A stretch of 58,615 bases of DNA, the filler included, from Sphacelaria rigidula (Eukaryota): assembly GCA_964200075.2 (NCBI GenBank). It is 3 parts of 3 records of this genome, joined end to end, with 100 filler letters (N's around TTAATTAATTAA, not from the genome) between each part and the next. Parts side by side here need not be neighbours in the genome. Positions count along the whole stretch, not along the records: positions 19,574 to 39,045 come from CAXNAA020000665.1; positions 39,146 to 58,615 come from CAXNAA020000666.1; 1 more part is not named here. One strand, 5' to 3'. Positions 27,944 to 40,234 of this stretch are shown piece by piece. The stretch's first letter is position 1. Every line of letters begins with the position of its first letter. The notes beneath the pieces are model-generated. The model made no database searches, was not told the origin of the DNA, and worked only from the letters and a program-made list of their open reading frames with translations. Made by a program: the position numbers and the translations under genes.

Positions 27944-28255
27944 CCCGCGCCGCTTTGGTGCCATGGTCCGACTGTAACCACCAAGGTGGAGAGATCATGG
28001 GTTCGACTCCCAATGCGTCAAGTCTTTTCCTCCATTCATCTGATTTCCACCGTCGAAAGCATGGGTACGTGAGTAAGCGAAAAGTAGTTGACTGAGCGTG
28101 ATTGACGAGAGTTGACGCGGTGCGACTGTGCTCACCCAATTCCGCGAGATCAAATGGCGGGGCATGGTCTAGTGAGACACGGGTTGATCCCTTGAGATCA
28201 CGGACTCGTCCCAAGGAATAAGAGGGCTTCGGAGTGCGACGAGGAAAATAACTAG
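27944..28255 (+). mobile_element. tRNA-derived SINE-like element, same family
   Basis: Head with GGTTCGACTCCC B box, body GAGAGTTGACGCGGTGC...TCCGCGAGATCAAATG...CACGGACTCGTCCCAAGGA. Confidence 0.7.
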
Positions 28256-31079
28256 TAAAAAATTGAAACCCAATGTGCACCACTTTTCACGTGCTTCAAT
28301 TCGTAGTATCCATCAGGTTACGAATCCAACTGAAAAAACATGTGGAAAGGGTTACCATGGGATGGAATACCTGAACCTGTCAAATCTCCATGCTGTGGGG
28401 TTTGAGCGTCATCGGATTTCTACTGATGAACTGCCTGAGAGACCCAGAAGGCTTCTGAACGCTTTCCCTCATACCTGTCGTCAAACGGTTATGATCACTC
28501 TCAAACTTGGCAGTTCGTTGGGTATTGGTGCTCCACATGGAACAAAAAGGAGATTGTGGGAAAATGGCTTTCCATTGACATGATTGTATTCCTCCGCCCA
28601 TCGCTACAGCAACATGTCAATGGAAAGCCAAAATGTGTTTTTGCCGGTTTCTCAGGGAAATGAAGACTCTGACTTTTCCCCTTGTATCGTCATCATCCAC
28701 GCCCCGTGGAGTAAGACTACGCACACATTCGAAGCTTGTATACTTCGCACGTTATTGCCACGAATATAACAGGAAGACTTGTTTAAGTTCCTACATGATC
28801 AGCATTTCATGTATCTGGAATCGAAGCGTGTCCACTTACGTGCCCATATTCCTCGACTGGGACCCGTTCTATGCTGGTCACGTGACATTTTCACTATTGC
28901 CATCAAGTTCCAGGATATCCAAGTGGCGTTTGAGCCCGGTCAAGAGATGGTCACCGATCACGAGTGTCATGCCGGCCGCTATTCTCGTTCCTTAATACAC
29001 TTTCGAAGTTCCGCACAATCGTAGATGATGACAAGTATCGCCAGTTTTCGGGGCGAACGCTGCACACTTTCCACCCAACTTTCCAGGAGAAACTACACCC
29101 CGCTGCAACGATCACCAACTGTACAGGGTTGTCCTGGCTTGTGCACACGAAGGAGGCTGGAAGACATGAACTCTCAACGAGTGTACGAATGACGTAATTC
29201 TGTATCTGGCTAAATGCAACATACACGTGAAAATGTACACCGTAAGAGGAGAGTGAGGCTCAGCGGACTTGCAGTCGTCGGCATGAGCAACGTACGACGA
29301 AACCGCTGTTGCTAGTATGATGTTGCCATCAGCGATCGGTTTGGTCACATCTTCCATGCTCAAACACCGGGTACAGAGTTGATATTTCATCCCCCACAGC
29401 ACCTGATGAAACAATCCTACCTGTCATGTACGTACAAGATATGGTAATCAGTGTACCAGGCACACAGTCGGCCGCCCCGGTGGATCAGTTGGTGACTACG
29501 AAACCTTCTGACATTTGGGACGTTGGGTTTGAATCTTGGTAAAGGCACACGATCTGGGACTATCTTCCTCATATCTTGCCCAACAGCGGAGAGCGACTTC
29601 GTGGTGGGTACAAAAGTTCGACTAGGGAAAGCGGCCACGCTCTGGACAACAGACAATGAACGCTACAATAGCAATACGACCTGCTGCAATAGACGCCGAT
29701 ATTGTCGTCAGTAATGGAAATCGATCGACGAGTTTCTCGGTCTATTGTAATCGGTGATAGGTTCCGATGGACTTCTTTCCTACCCTATCGCCCGGACAGT
29801 AGTCTTTTGCGACTCCATAGCGAAAGCTGCTCAAGTCGACCAAATATATCGATGGATAGCTTCCCAGATCTATTAATGACGGTAATGGCTATCGATGGAT
29901 TGTGTATCAGGTCCATTGACCACGACAAGGGCTTTTGATTGATTGTGTACCAAAGCCATCGATGGCGACAATGGCTATCAGTTGATACATGCCAGGATCT
30001 ACCGTGGTACACACTGCCTATCGATGGATATCCTCTGTCATCAATAGCCACACCAGAAATGCAATATACTGTGTATAAAGGATATACTCTATTGAAGTAC
30101 GCTAGAGACACGCAATTGAAAATGCGCTCGATATACGATGATACTATCAACGCTTGTGGAAAAATGTAATCACAATTTCAAAAATTTGGAACAGCTGTAT
30201 GTTGCAGGAATCCGCGACATGTGTGGCCACATGTTTATATGTTTTCTGTTGGTGTGGTGTTGGTACTCATGGTTCTCCCTATGACGGACAAGACCGCTTA
30301 CAGGACCCACGTGCGTGGCTAAGATGTGCTTATTCCCTTATCAACAGACTGTATGCCTATTGGTGTCCGTTGTCAGCTACAGTCGATGACATCACTTTCT
30401 ATCGGTAGAACTTAGTAACAATAGAACCTGAACAAGGGATAGAACCCATCGTTGCCGCGACGGTGGACTGGCCAAGTCGTCGATCAGTTTGCGGTGGATG
30501 GATCCAACTTCCACAAAAGCTACCGCCCCTATGGCCTCGGGTAGTTATGTGGGGACAGTTTGTATTTGGTGTACTGCCGTTGATGCCGACAAAACACTGC
30601 GGTGGACAATATTTGAATATATAAATATTTGATTCCAAACCTTGTGTTGGCGGCATTGGCTATCGATAGATCCTACCTGCGACGTCCTCTTGCTGGCGAT
30701 GTATATTGATGGATACCCCCAAATTCATCGCCAGCAGAGACCATCAATAGATGATCACCCTATTTTTTTGTAACGGCATGGCTATCGATAAATGGCTCAC
30801 CAAATAGATCCATGAATGGCCATCGATAGCTACATCCCAGGATCTAGTGCGGTACATAATATCCATGAATGGCCAGTAATCTTGATTTGTTACAGTTGCA
30901 GAGGACCATCGATCGCAACACCTCTTGTCTTCTTGTCAAAAATCATGTTCCACCATATGTTGTGTTGGACAATATATATCGAGATATTCCCCCCGTGTCT
31001 GTTGTTGGAGGAGCGGAACCTTGTTGTATCCATAATAAAAAACGTGAAAGGGACCGTCGAACCCTTCTCGTGATAAAAA

Positions 31080-31245
31080 AGAAGGCAAGCACCCCAGAAA
31101 GGAGGTGGAGTAGCAGATCAAAGTTGAAAGCTCCTGTGTAAACGTTCCTCGTGTGTGACGCCGGCTGATGCGCACAGATACACCGGAAGTGTAGACTGGC
31201 GTCCAGAATAGATTAGACGACAGCACCAACATACGCACACCGAGC
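31080..31245. repeat. Dispersed repeat shared with 5630-5790
   Basis: See 5630-5790. Confidence 0.75.
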
Positions 31246-32502
31246 CCTAACGTGATCTTCGTACACAATTGCCCGAAACGAGAAGGTCACGGGGGAAGAC
31301 GGGAAAAGGAGCAAAACATCTCGAAGTTATTTTGTCAAGCTATTGGCGCATTCCTTGTCTCGAACGATACGTTCCAGCATACCCTACTCGCATCCGAAGC
31401 AGATAGCACTATATGTAAGAAAGCACAGCGTACCTTTCATGTTATTTCGGATTTCAGAATGGATTATGACCGTTGCGCTTGAACACAAATGAGCATTTTT
31501 CGTACCAATTGTTGGAAAATACCCGTCTATAGTGTGTCTCCTATTGTGGCAGAATTGAGCACGAGTCGTTGGGGGAAGTAGCCATGGATATCGTTGTTGT
31601 TTCATGCTTCGTCGTTTCTACTGACTTCACCATGTGTCATTTGAGAGGTGGTGTGCAAACGTGACACTTGATCACACCGGTCACGTGAACGTTGCTGTTC
31701 AACAATAACGCCGTCGACCACTCTTCCGAAAAGAGACGGAATATACTGAGTCCGGTGTTGGTGCGAACTCACTGCGAAGCAACCGCAAGACTGTGATGGT
31801 GTAGTACCGCACGTTACGTGCACCAAATAGATGAGTCGGTAGCCCAAAGACACGATTATCCTATCGTAGTGCGTCCGCACAACCGACAACCACCAGAAAG
31901 GGCCGGCAGTGGCCATATCAGGCTGGCAAACTAGAGTCAACAACTTCATGGCCGTGGAGACGCTGGTGGTCAGGGTTACGCCCAGTATTTTTTTTGTTTT
32001 TTCATAGTCTTTTAGACGCCTCCTTGTAAAATGCTGGATGATGGCAAGTATTCCGATTTCGCATGGAGGGTCTACGCCTGCTGTGCATACAGTAGCGGAC
32101 CAAACAGCATCGCTCTGGCGGAAGGCGGGGACGCGAGGGCGATCGAGGTGTGTTGAAATACAGACAGGCAGTCCCTCTTGCAAGTTTTAACGGGAGCAGT
32201 AACGGAAGCAACGAGTAATCGCAGAACCCATGTGGCCGAGGGTGAACACCATGGCCCCCGTGAAACCTGCCCTCCTGTGTTTAGGGAGAGCACCGCGCTC
32301 GTGCTACACTAGTGGCAGAGACATCGAGAGCTGTTTCCCCATCTACAGAAAATAAGCTTTCCATTGCAAAAGGATTTATTGAAGTCCATCCGTGCTGGTG
32401 AGTAAACGACTTGGCTGAAGTTTGAAAAAATATAATTTTGCTCCGCACCCGTGCACGTCTGCTCTGGAGTGCCAGATATGCTGAAAACAGACCACCTAAC
32501 TT

Positions 32503-32612
32503 CAGTGCAGTACAGTGCGGTACAGTACAGTGCAGTACAGTGCAGTACAGTACAGTACCTGGTACAGTGCAGTAGAGTCCAGTGTAGTGCAGCACAGCAC
32601 AGCACAGTAGAA
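32503..32612. repeat. Pentanucleotide microsatellite (CAGTA/CAGTG)n
   Basis: Directly visible. Confidence 0.9.
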
Positions 32613-33186
32613 CATGGTGCTGTGTACTGCACCGCCACCAAGGCCATGGTGCAGTCTGCCAAAGGTGAGGGTAGTTGCTGAAGTGTATCTACGTAAGGGC
32701 GGTCGGGTCGAATCCTGCAAGAATAAAATCCTGCGCACTGTGTGCGTGGATAACGTGTATATCTTTGGGTTGCGTCGTCCGTCACGCACATCGCTGATAG
32801 TGCTCCTGTTGGCTTCTGGAGCGTATGTTCGGAACCCCCGTCCGGATTCTAACGGCCGTAAACGTTGAGCACCACCTACGGAATCGTCGCAGACATACAA
32901 ACCCACTTGATGAGTTGAACGGGGCTACAGTACCACGATCGAACGCTGCGGCATCAGATACAAGTATCACATGTCAAAACCACAGCTCCGCTGGCGTAGA
33001 CCGGTACTGCACGAGTGTTCTGGAGTTCGTACTCTCGGTGCCTTCTCCGGGTTACCCCTCGCCAACGCTGCCGAAGTGACCAGGGTGGGTGTGGACGTTC
33101 TGATATATTTCCACAGCTATGGCAAAGATATTTCTTCGACTATGGGAGAGAAGAAGTGATCGCGCCGAGAATCGACCTCGCACTTC

Positions 33187-33276
33187 TTTTGTTCGTCGGA
33201 ACGAACTCCAACACTAAGCCACTCAGTCAGCGCTCACTGAGTGGCTCCGTGGTGGAGTTCGTTCCGACGAACAAAA
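33187..33276. other. 90-nt near-perfect hairpin (41-bp stem, 3 mismatches)
   Basis: TTTTGTTCGTCGGAACGAACTCCAACACTAAGCCACTCAGT-CAGCGCTC-ACTGAGTGGCTCCGTGGTGGAGTTCGTTCCGACGAACAAAA. Confidence 0.9.
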
Positions 33277-33513
33277 CACACCATGGAAGGCACGCGATGT
33301 CAAACGCACTGATTCTCAACCTTTCACCCATTCACCCCCCAGTCCATTCCCTTCCTCTTGACGGTAGATGTGGAGGATCCACAAGACTCACTCACGCGGT
33401 GCAACGTCTGGATGCCTGCTTGGAGGTCGGCGGGGGCAGTCCGAATGTTGCATACGACACCAATGTCGATCCCGAGGAAACAGCGCCACGAGTACGGGGA
33501 TGCTGCATGGTTC

Positions 33514-35286
33514 CAAGGTTGTGTTCTGTAGAATACGGTTCTCTGTATACCCGGGGTATCTTCCCGGGTACTTACCGTCCCCGACAGTTTTGTGACTTCT
33601 GTAAGGCGTTCATACCGGTATCCGACACTTGTGTAATCTCTCTCAAGACTTCCATACCCTCACCCGATAGTTCTGTGACTTCTGTAAGCTTCCCGTACCG
33701 TCACTGGGGGGTACGGGTACGCTTTTGATAAGATACCCGATTGCGGGTACGGTGTTCTGTGTAACTTTCACACTCTGCCCGACAGTTTCTGTGAGTTCTT
33801 TAAGCCTTCCATACCCTTACCCGACAGTCTTGTGAGTCCTGTGCATAACGTTTACCCGCACCCGGAGCGCGGGTATGCTCTTGGAGACGAACCCCACTGT
33901 CGGTACGGTTTTTCTGTAAGTCTTCCATACTATACCCGACAAGCTCTGCAATTTCTGTGAGACTTTTATCCAGTACAGGTACCCGCCAGTTCTGTGAGCT
34001 CTGTAAGCCTCCCATACCCCTACCCGGGGTTACGGTATACCGTTGTCGAAATACCCGATTGCAAGTACAGCACAGGCATATACGTTGGAGAGGTATGAAT
34101 ATAGGCTCAATCCAAGCACAACCTCATGACCTGAACATGTACCTCCCATCGAGAAACTCACCGTACTCTTTCATTCAACACTGCACACCAACGAAAAATC
34201 AATGCTGGAAAGTTCTTTAGTTTATAATTTGACGGGATACGAGGTACTGCTGAGTGGAAACACGAAACATGAGCAGCACTGCAGACCGTCTGAATGGATC
34301 ATCCCCAGACTCGAGTGGGGCGGCTCAGCTGCGCCATCAGGGGAGCAAGTAGCAAGTCGCACGCAACCGACGTTGGTGATGGTTGTGTCGTGGTCATCGA
34401 ACCCCAGGCCGTTATCGACATGCACCTCAGATAATATTAGCTGCTACCGGAAGTCGTCAAGGCCGCCGACGATTCTGTCGTGCCCAAGGGCTTCTAGAGA
34501 GCGGGCAGCCGTGAATGCTCCTTCATGTACACCGTGGGGGTGTAAGTGAAGCCGATAGATGTTGACGATCCCGTGCACATGTACTACTGCGTGTGTTCGT
34601 GTAGTATTTCGTGTTCGTGTAGTATTTCCTTGTCAGCCCCGTGAAGTTAACGGCCAGCCGTAGTTCGCCACGGTCGTGACGCAGGTCCCAGCACAGGGGT
34701 GATGATAACACCAAGGTCGTGTTTAGTAGGGTACGGTTTTTTATTCAACTGGGGTTCTTTCCCGGGTATTTACCGTACCTTACAGTTCTGTGACTTCTGT
34801 AAGACGTTAATACCGGTACCCGACAGTTCTGTGACTTCTGTAAGGCGTTCATACCGTTACCCGACAGTTGTGTAATCTTTTCAAGACGATGATACCCTTA
34901 CCCGATAGTTCTGTGACTTGCAAGCCTCCCGTACTGTCATCGGTGGGCGCCGGTATGCTCTTGATAAGATACCCGGTTGCGGGTACGGTTTTCTGTGCAA
35001 CCTGCATACCCTGCCCGACAGTTTCTGTGAGTTCTGTAAGCCTTCCATACCCTTACCCGACAGTTCTGTGAATTCTGTACATAATGTATACCCGCACCCG
35101 GAGCGCGGGTATGCTCTTGAAGACGACCCCATTGTCGGTACGGTTTTTTTGTAAGATTCTCAAACCGGTACCCGGCAGTTTTTGAATTTTTGTGAGACTT
35201 TCATACCGGTACCCTAGTTTTGGTCGAGTTCTGTAAGAGTCTCATATCCTACAGAACATACCCGCACCCTACAGGACACAACCTTG
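33514..35286 (+). mobile_element. Composite non-autonomous element: arm (33514-~34068) - core - arm (34712-35286)
   Basis: Arms start CAAGGT(T/C)GTGTT and are built of ~40-bp CCGACAGTTCTGTGAnTTCTGTAAG subrepeats; the second arm ends CTACAGGACACAACCTTG (inverted terminus). Confidence 0.75.
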
Positions 35287-38200
35287 CATGATTCTGCAAA
35301 GCGCAATTGCTTAATATAGCAGCATCTGACCTCTTCGCTCATGTTTGGGATAATGGTTGTGATTTCGATCGGAATCAATGGCGCCTACAGTTGTGCTTTT
35401 CAGAGCTTGGTATGAGTATTCGACTCCGACGCTCCCAATTTGAAACCGACGAGACAGCTGACATATTTCATCCATACATCGATTTATCTCATGTCCTCCA
35501 GACAGGTGGTGAAACACCTGTATCACTCAGGCCTCCATTCCGCCCAACTCGTAACACATCCGTTGTTGGGAGTGGATCTCGATGGACAGACTCCGGGTGA
35601 GTCAGCCAGATGGGGCGGGGGAGGAGCAGCGACGCCGCGGACGGCGGCAACTGCGGAACGTGGAGGTTTCGACGGCAAAGGTTTTGCAGGACCGATACAG
35701 CGGACATATCTTGCGGTGGTGACAGACGGACGGGGGAGCGGGGCTGCGCCGGTGCCGACAAGCGGTGCCAAGGGTGGGTGTTGGCACCCGCGCGGCGGTT
35801 CGGAAGACTCCACCATCGTATATTGCGGTACTGACAGGCAGCGGAGAAATAGCGGCGGCAGCGGACCAAGGTCTGCGTGGTGAAGCACTTTCCCAGCCTT
35901 TCAGTCTTTGCTGTAGTGGCGTAACGGCAGTGGGCCTGATCAGAGTATTCACAGCGCAGCTGGATCCGGGATAGGTGAGGGTGAGATGTCTACAGTTCAC
36001 TGCATCATCCACTCCCGGAGGTTGTTCAAGAAGCACTATAAGAAGTGGCTGGTGACTTCGATCGATACTGATCAGTGGATTATTGTGTTGCTAGCAATGT
36101 CCTCCGAGTGTATCACGCCGCAGAGCTCCGACGCAGTGCAAGTCACTGTTGAACGATTGCGAGCGGTGGCCCCCGGTACGTCCTCGAGGGCACAGTGTAC
36201 AGCTACACCGAGGATCTGAGGGATGGGAGTGAGAGCGCTTGGCCGCCGGCCGGACAGTATACGTGATTGACGCCATCTATCAAGGTAGCATCATTTGTGT
36301 TGACCTACCCGGTACGCCGAATCTATTTACAGCACCGATATTCACGGAAGAGGACGGCATCCTGAGAGTGGACATCGATGAGGGCGTGAAGCTGCAGGCC
36401 GCCATCTTTTTTTCGAGGGACGAAAACGCCTCTGCGCAAATCGCCCCGGATCCGGGGCTTCTCTTCGCCACGCGGGGGTGGGACTTGGGATCGTATGTCA
36501 ACAAGACCCGCCTGTGTATCACCACAGTACATGAGCATATGCCTTCCCGGTGCTGCCCAGACTTGGACGCCTGTCGGAAGCACGTGAGTAAGTCTGGCGC
36601 GGTATTCGAACACTGGGGAGGGAGGTTTCAGAAAAAGATGCCCGCAGGGGACTTCAACGGCCGCGGTTGGGTTGTTGAACCCCAGAAGACTCATCACAAG
36701 CGGGGCATAAAACTGGAGAGCAGAGAGGCAGAGACGCTCACGCGGGACAACATCGTTATTTATTCATCAAGCCACACGTATGATGATGGGTCCGGGAACG
36801 TGCGGACCCTGAGGTGCTCATGTAACCGGCAAAGGCGCCACAAAGAGACCACCGCTGCAATTAATGTAGGTGTCTGGGGAACTGCACGCTGAGCTGCGGT
36901 TGCCAGGGTCGCTGCTTGCTACCCCCGCCGTCCTCTGGGGCAACCGAGGCGACTTCTAGTGGTGATGCTGACAGTAGAAATGGCGGTGCACGTGAACGAT
37001 CTATTTCTGCCAGGGGCGGATCCGGAGCGAACCGTGGGAGGCGCGGATCCACAGCGAAGCGCGGGAGGGGCGGATCTACGGCGGACCGTGGAAGGGTCAA
37101 GGCGAGTGGAGCGACCAATGCGTCGAGGGCAGCAGTCAGCGTGAGGCACGGCGATGAGCCGCGCCGGTTTGGCGGCGGGAGTGTGGTGGGAGAGGGATGG
37201 GGTCTAGGAATATCCTCGAATAGTCGTTATTGTCACGACGGTGGACGTGAAGACTACAACAGCGTCGGGTCGAGAAGTGCAGCCGGCATCTGGAGTGGAA
37301 ATTCCGATTTGAAGTGCAGCGGGTCGGAGACAAATGACCCGGCAACGGAGGCAGGAATAATCATGATGATTTCATGTTTTGATTGCGCCCGATGGACAAA
37401 TTGTAACTGTTATTTTGGTGTGTAAAGTGGACTATTGCATTTGCGTTTTTCAAGATTGTCTTCTCCAGGAGGTGGTTAAGAGCTCGCCTCGTGTACATGG
37501 CAATGGTGTTCTTTGCATGATGCAGTGCGCCCTTTGGGACACAAGTGTGTTGCGGTTGGTGAGCTGACGCCCTTTGGCGAATCTCCGGTCGTGCGTGAGT
37601 GCAGGCATTAATGAACACCGGACGAGTTCTGATCAAATATGATTGTAGGTCCAACTCTGAACCAAACCACGATCTCCAAGTTTGTCGTTTGTTAATCCTA
37701 CATTAGTCTATCATTGCATAGTCATCTGCGCTAGTCTGTGGCTGGAATGAACGGCGGTCTGACATCGAGCGAGCCGCCAGCAATCGTTGCTGTGACAAGT
37801 TGTGATGAACGCTGGGGGAGGGAAGTCCGAACGCGTTCTCCAATTCTTCCTCTTCTACAAGCTGAACCACTCTGCAGCGTAGCAGATGGTCGATGTAACC
37901 ACCTTGCCTCCAATTCGTACCACAGTTCCCCTTCGGTAGTACCGCGCCCTTTTGATGCGGAGGAGTAACGGTATCGCAGACCGTGGAAGCTATCGGCGCA
38001 GTACAGGTGGCGACATTCCTTGAGAAGCTCTTATCTGAGGCGAGGCTCGTTTCTTATTCTTTTCGCCGAGCCGAGTATATTTCTTAGAGTCATTTTCTTA
38101 CTTTCCGCACACGTGCAATTAATGATGAATATCTCAAAGCCCAATTTCTTATCTTTCCCGGACTCGTAAAAAATGATGGAATTATTGAAAACAAACGTCT

Positions 38201-38824
38201 TTTTGTGCCTTCAAAGGTTAGGTAATATATGAAATATTGTACAATAATTCTAGTACTGTACAAGAGTATGTACTGACAAATGCCCCGTATTCGGCGGCGG
38301 GGGAGGTAAAGAGGGGTGTGGCATCCTTGCGTCGAGGGGCTCGTGGGTCTTCCACCAGTTTCTTATTTCCCAAGGCTGCAGTGTCGATGACAAATTTCTT
38401 TTTCGCCGGGCGTCTTGAATCTCTCGATTTCTTGTCCTTATTTTCGCCTTGATCTGGGCAAAAAATTTCATTATCGACTTCTTAAAACCTGAAAATCTGA
38501 GCCTCGATTTCTTAACTGGTGACTTCTGGCGCAGCTCGGAACTCCCGTGCTTGCATTATTTCCGCCGGTGTCGCTCACAGATCACGCTTGTTGCAATCTG
38601 AAACCAGTTATCATGCGCTGTATGACCGTATTCTTCCCGACAGCTTTCGGGATGGTTCTGGGTAGGGGGGGGCTATCGACGCATCATTCGGGCGACGATG
38701 TCCGCGATTTGAAAGCACCTGAACGCGGCGCAATTACCGCCTGCTTTTTTTTGGATACCACCGACGATTTGAAGCGCTTTTACACCGCATTCCACATGTT
38801 CTAAGACCCACTTTTATGGCAAGC

Positions 38825-39020
38825 ACAAATCTTGATTTTTTCAAAATCGGGGGGAAAAAAATCGGGGAACGCATTTTATGGACACCGATTTGGGCCACAT
38901 CGGGGCCGAAAAAATCGGGGGGTCACGATCTCGGAACGGTTTTCCCCGATTTTTCCCGAAAAATCGGGGAAAACCGTTCCGTGATCGTGACTCCCCCGAT
39001 TTTTTTGAGGTGACGTACGT
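38825..39020 (-). mobile_element. Putative DNA transposon terminus, same family as 10774-10975
   Basis: Ends ...CCCCCGATTTTTTTGAGGTGACGTACGT; multiple AAAATCGGGG motifs. Confidence 0.65.
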
Positions 39021-39045
39021 GTATTGACGTACACTCCCAGAGTAC

Positions 39046-39145
39046 NNNNNNNNNNNNNNNNNNNNNNNNNNNNNNNNNNNNNNNNNNNNTTAATTAATTA
39101 ANNNNNNNNNNNNNNNNNNNNNNNNNNNNNNNNNNNNNNNNNNNN
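39046..39145. other. Artificial contig spacer (N44-TTAATTAATTAA-N44)
   Basis: Identical 100-bp spacer. Confidence 0.98.
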
Positions 39146-39796
39146 CACAATCCCGGGGAGCGGTTGGTTCTCATTTCAAAATACGTTCTCATTTTTCTGG
39201 CAACCCTGTTACTTCCAGAACCAACCGCCGCATTATTCACCTGTGCGCAAGTCGGGGCTTCGATCTGAAGAAAACTGCTTGTCGATAAGACGCAGCAGTG
39301 GTTGTTGTGGGGGCAGTCACTTCTCCAAAAGTGATTTTTTGGACACGGATAATCACTTCTGATAAGACCCCGCCTGATGCCAGTCTCTGGAGAGTTTGGT
39401 AATCGCCGAGCGGGTACACACAGAGGACACAGGCGAGGAATTTCCTCTCTGTCGTTGCTTCTCTCTCTGGTGATATCGTCATCGACACCTGTGTATACCA
39501 CATTCGTTAGATACACCTAGCCACAGCTGTTCAACTGTTGCGGACATTTGGGGGGAAAGATGGCTTCACTCGGTCGCAGGTGTTTCCGCGTCTTCCCTGC
39601 AAAACAGAAATGCCACTTCAACCCCATATTTTGTGTGAACCCCATTTTCTAGGATCCACTGTTTTTTGGTGTTGTATAATAGTATGTTCAGGTCAACTGG
39701 AACACAACATGAAGCCACGAAGGCTGTCAATGGCATAGCTCGGGGGGAGGAACTGGTTAGTAAAACAGCTCTGGGCACGCAGACGCATGTAACTGT

Positions 39797-40083
39797 GTCT
39801 TCGTGAGATTGAGAATAAAAATACGATTGAGAGTGAGAAGCGGTCAATCGGTGAAGGAGTCGTTTCAGTTGCGAGATGCCCCTCCCCGAGGCCCAATATG
39901 CTCTCCGTAGTAGCTTGCCACTGAGGTCTTTGGTATCCCTGAGTAGGATATCGACGTGAAGCTGTACGCATACGCCAGTGATGGAGGCAAAGGAAAGCAC
40001 ACACGGAATGAAAGTTTAGCTAAGTTACAGCGAAATATCAAAGCCACTCTCAATCAGCGCTCTACTCTCAATCTCACGAAAAC
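39797..40083. mobile_element. Small MITE-like element with ~40-bp imperfect TIRs
   Basis: GTCTTCGTGAGATTGAGAATA...GATTGAGAGTG versus CACTCTCAATC...TACTCTCAATCTCACGAAAAC. Confidence 0.65.
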
Positions 40084-40234
40084 GTCGTTATGTGTTGTAG
40101 TACCACCATAGTTGATGTGTTACGTGTGAGTACAAAATTTTAAATCAAGTTTACTACGAATTTGACTCCTGAGGGGTTCGCGAACTGTACGTACCCCACC
40201 TGCAACAGGGCTGCGCCACCGAAGAGTCGCGCCC

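Larger units (their letters stand above)
25210..37350 (+). pseudogene. Possible fragmented, intron-containing transposase/polyprotein remnant (MULE or Zisupton/KDZ-like)
   Basis: Interrupted coding-like patches: SWIM/FAR1-like VTCKCRIYTG...CYMPRWT (25555-25670) and Ulp1-like QWIIVLL...VYVIDAI...RDENASA (36070-36436). Many stops and frameshifts; recognised by eye only. Confidence 0.3.
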
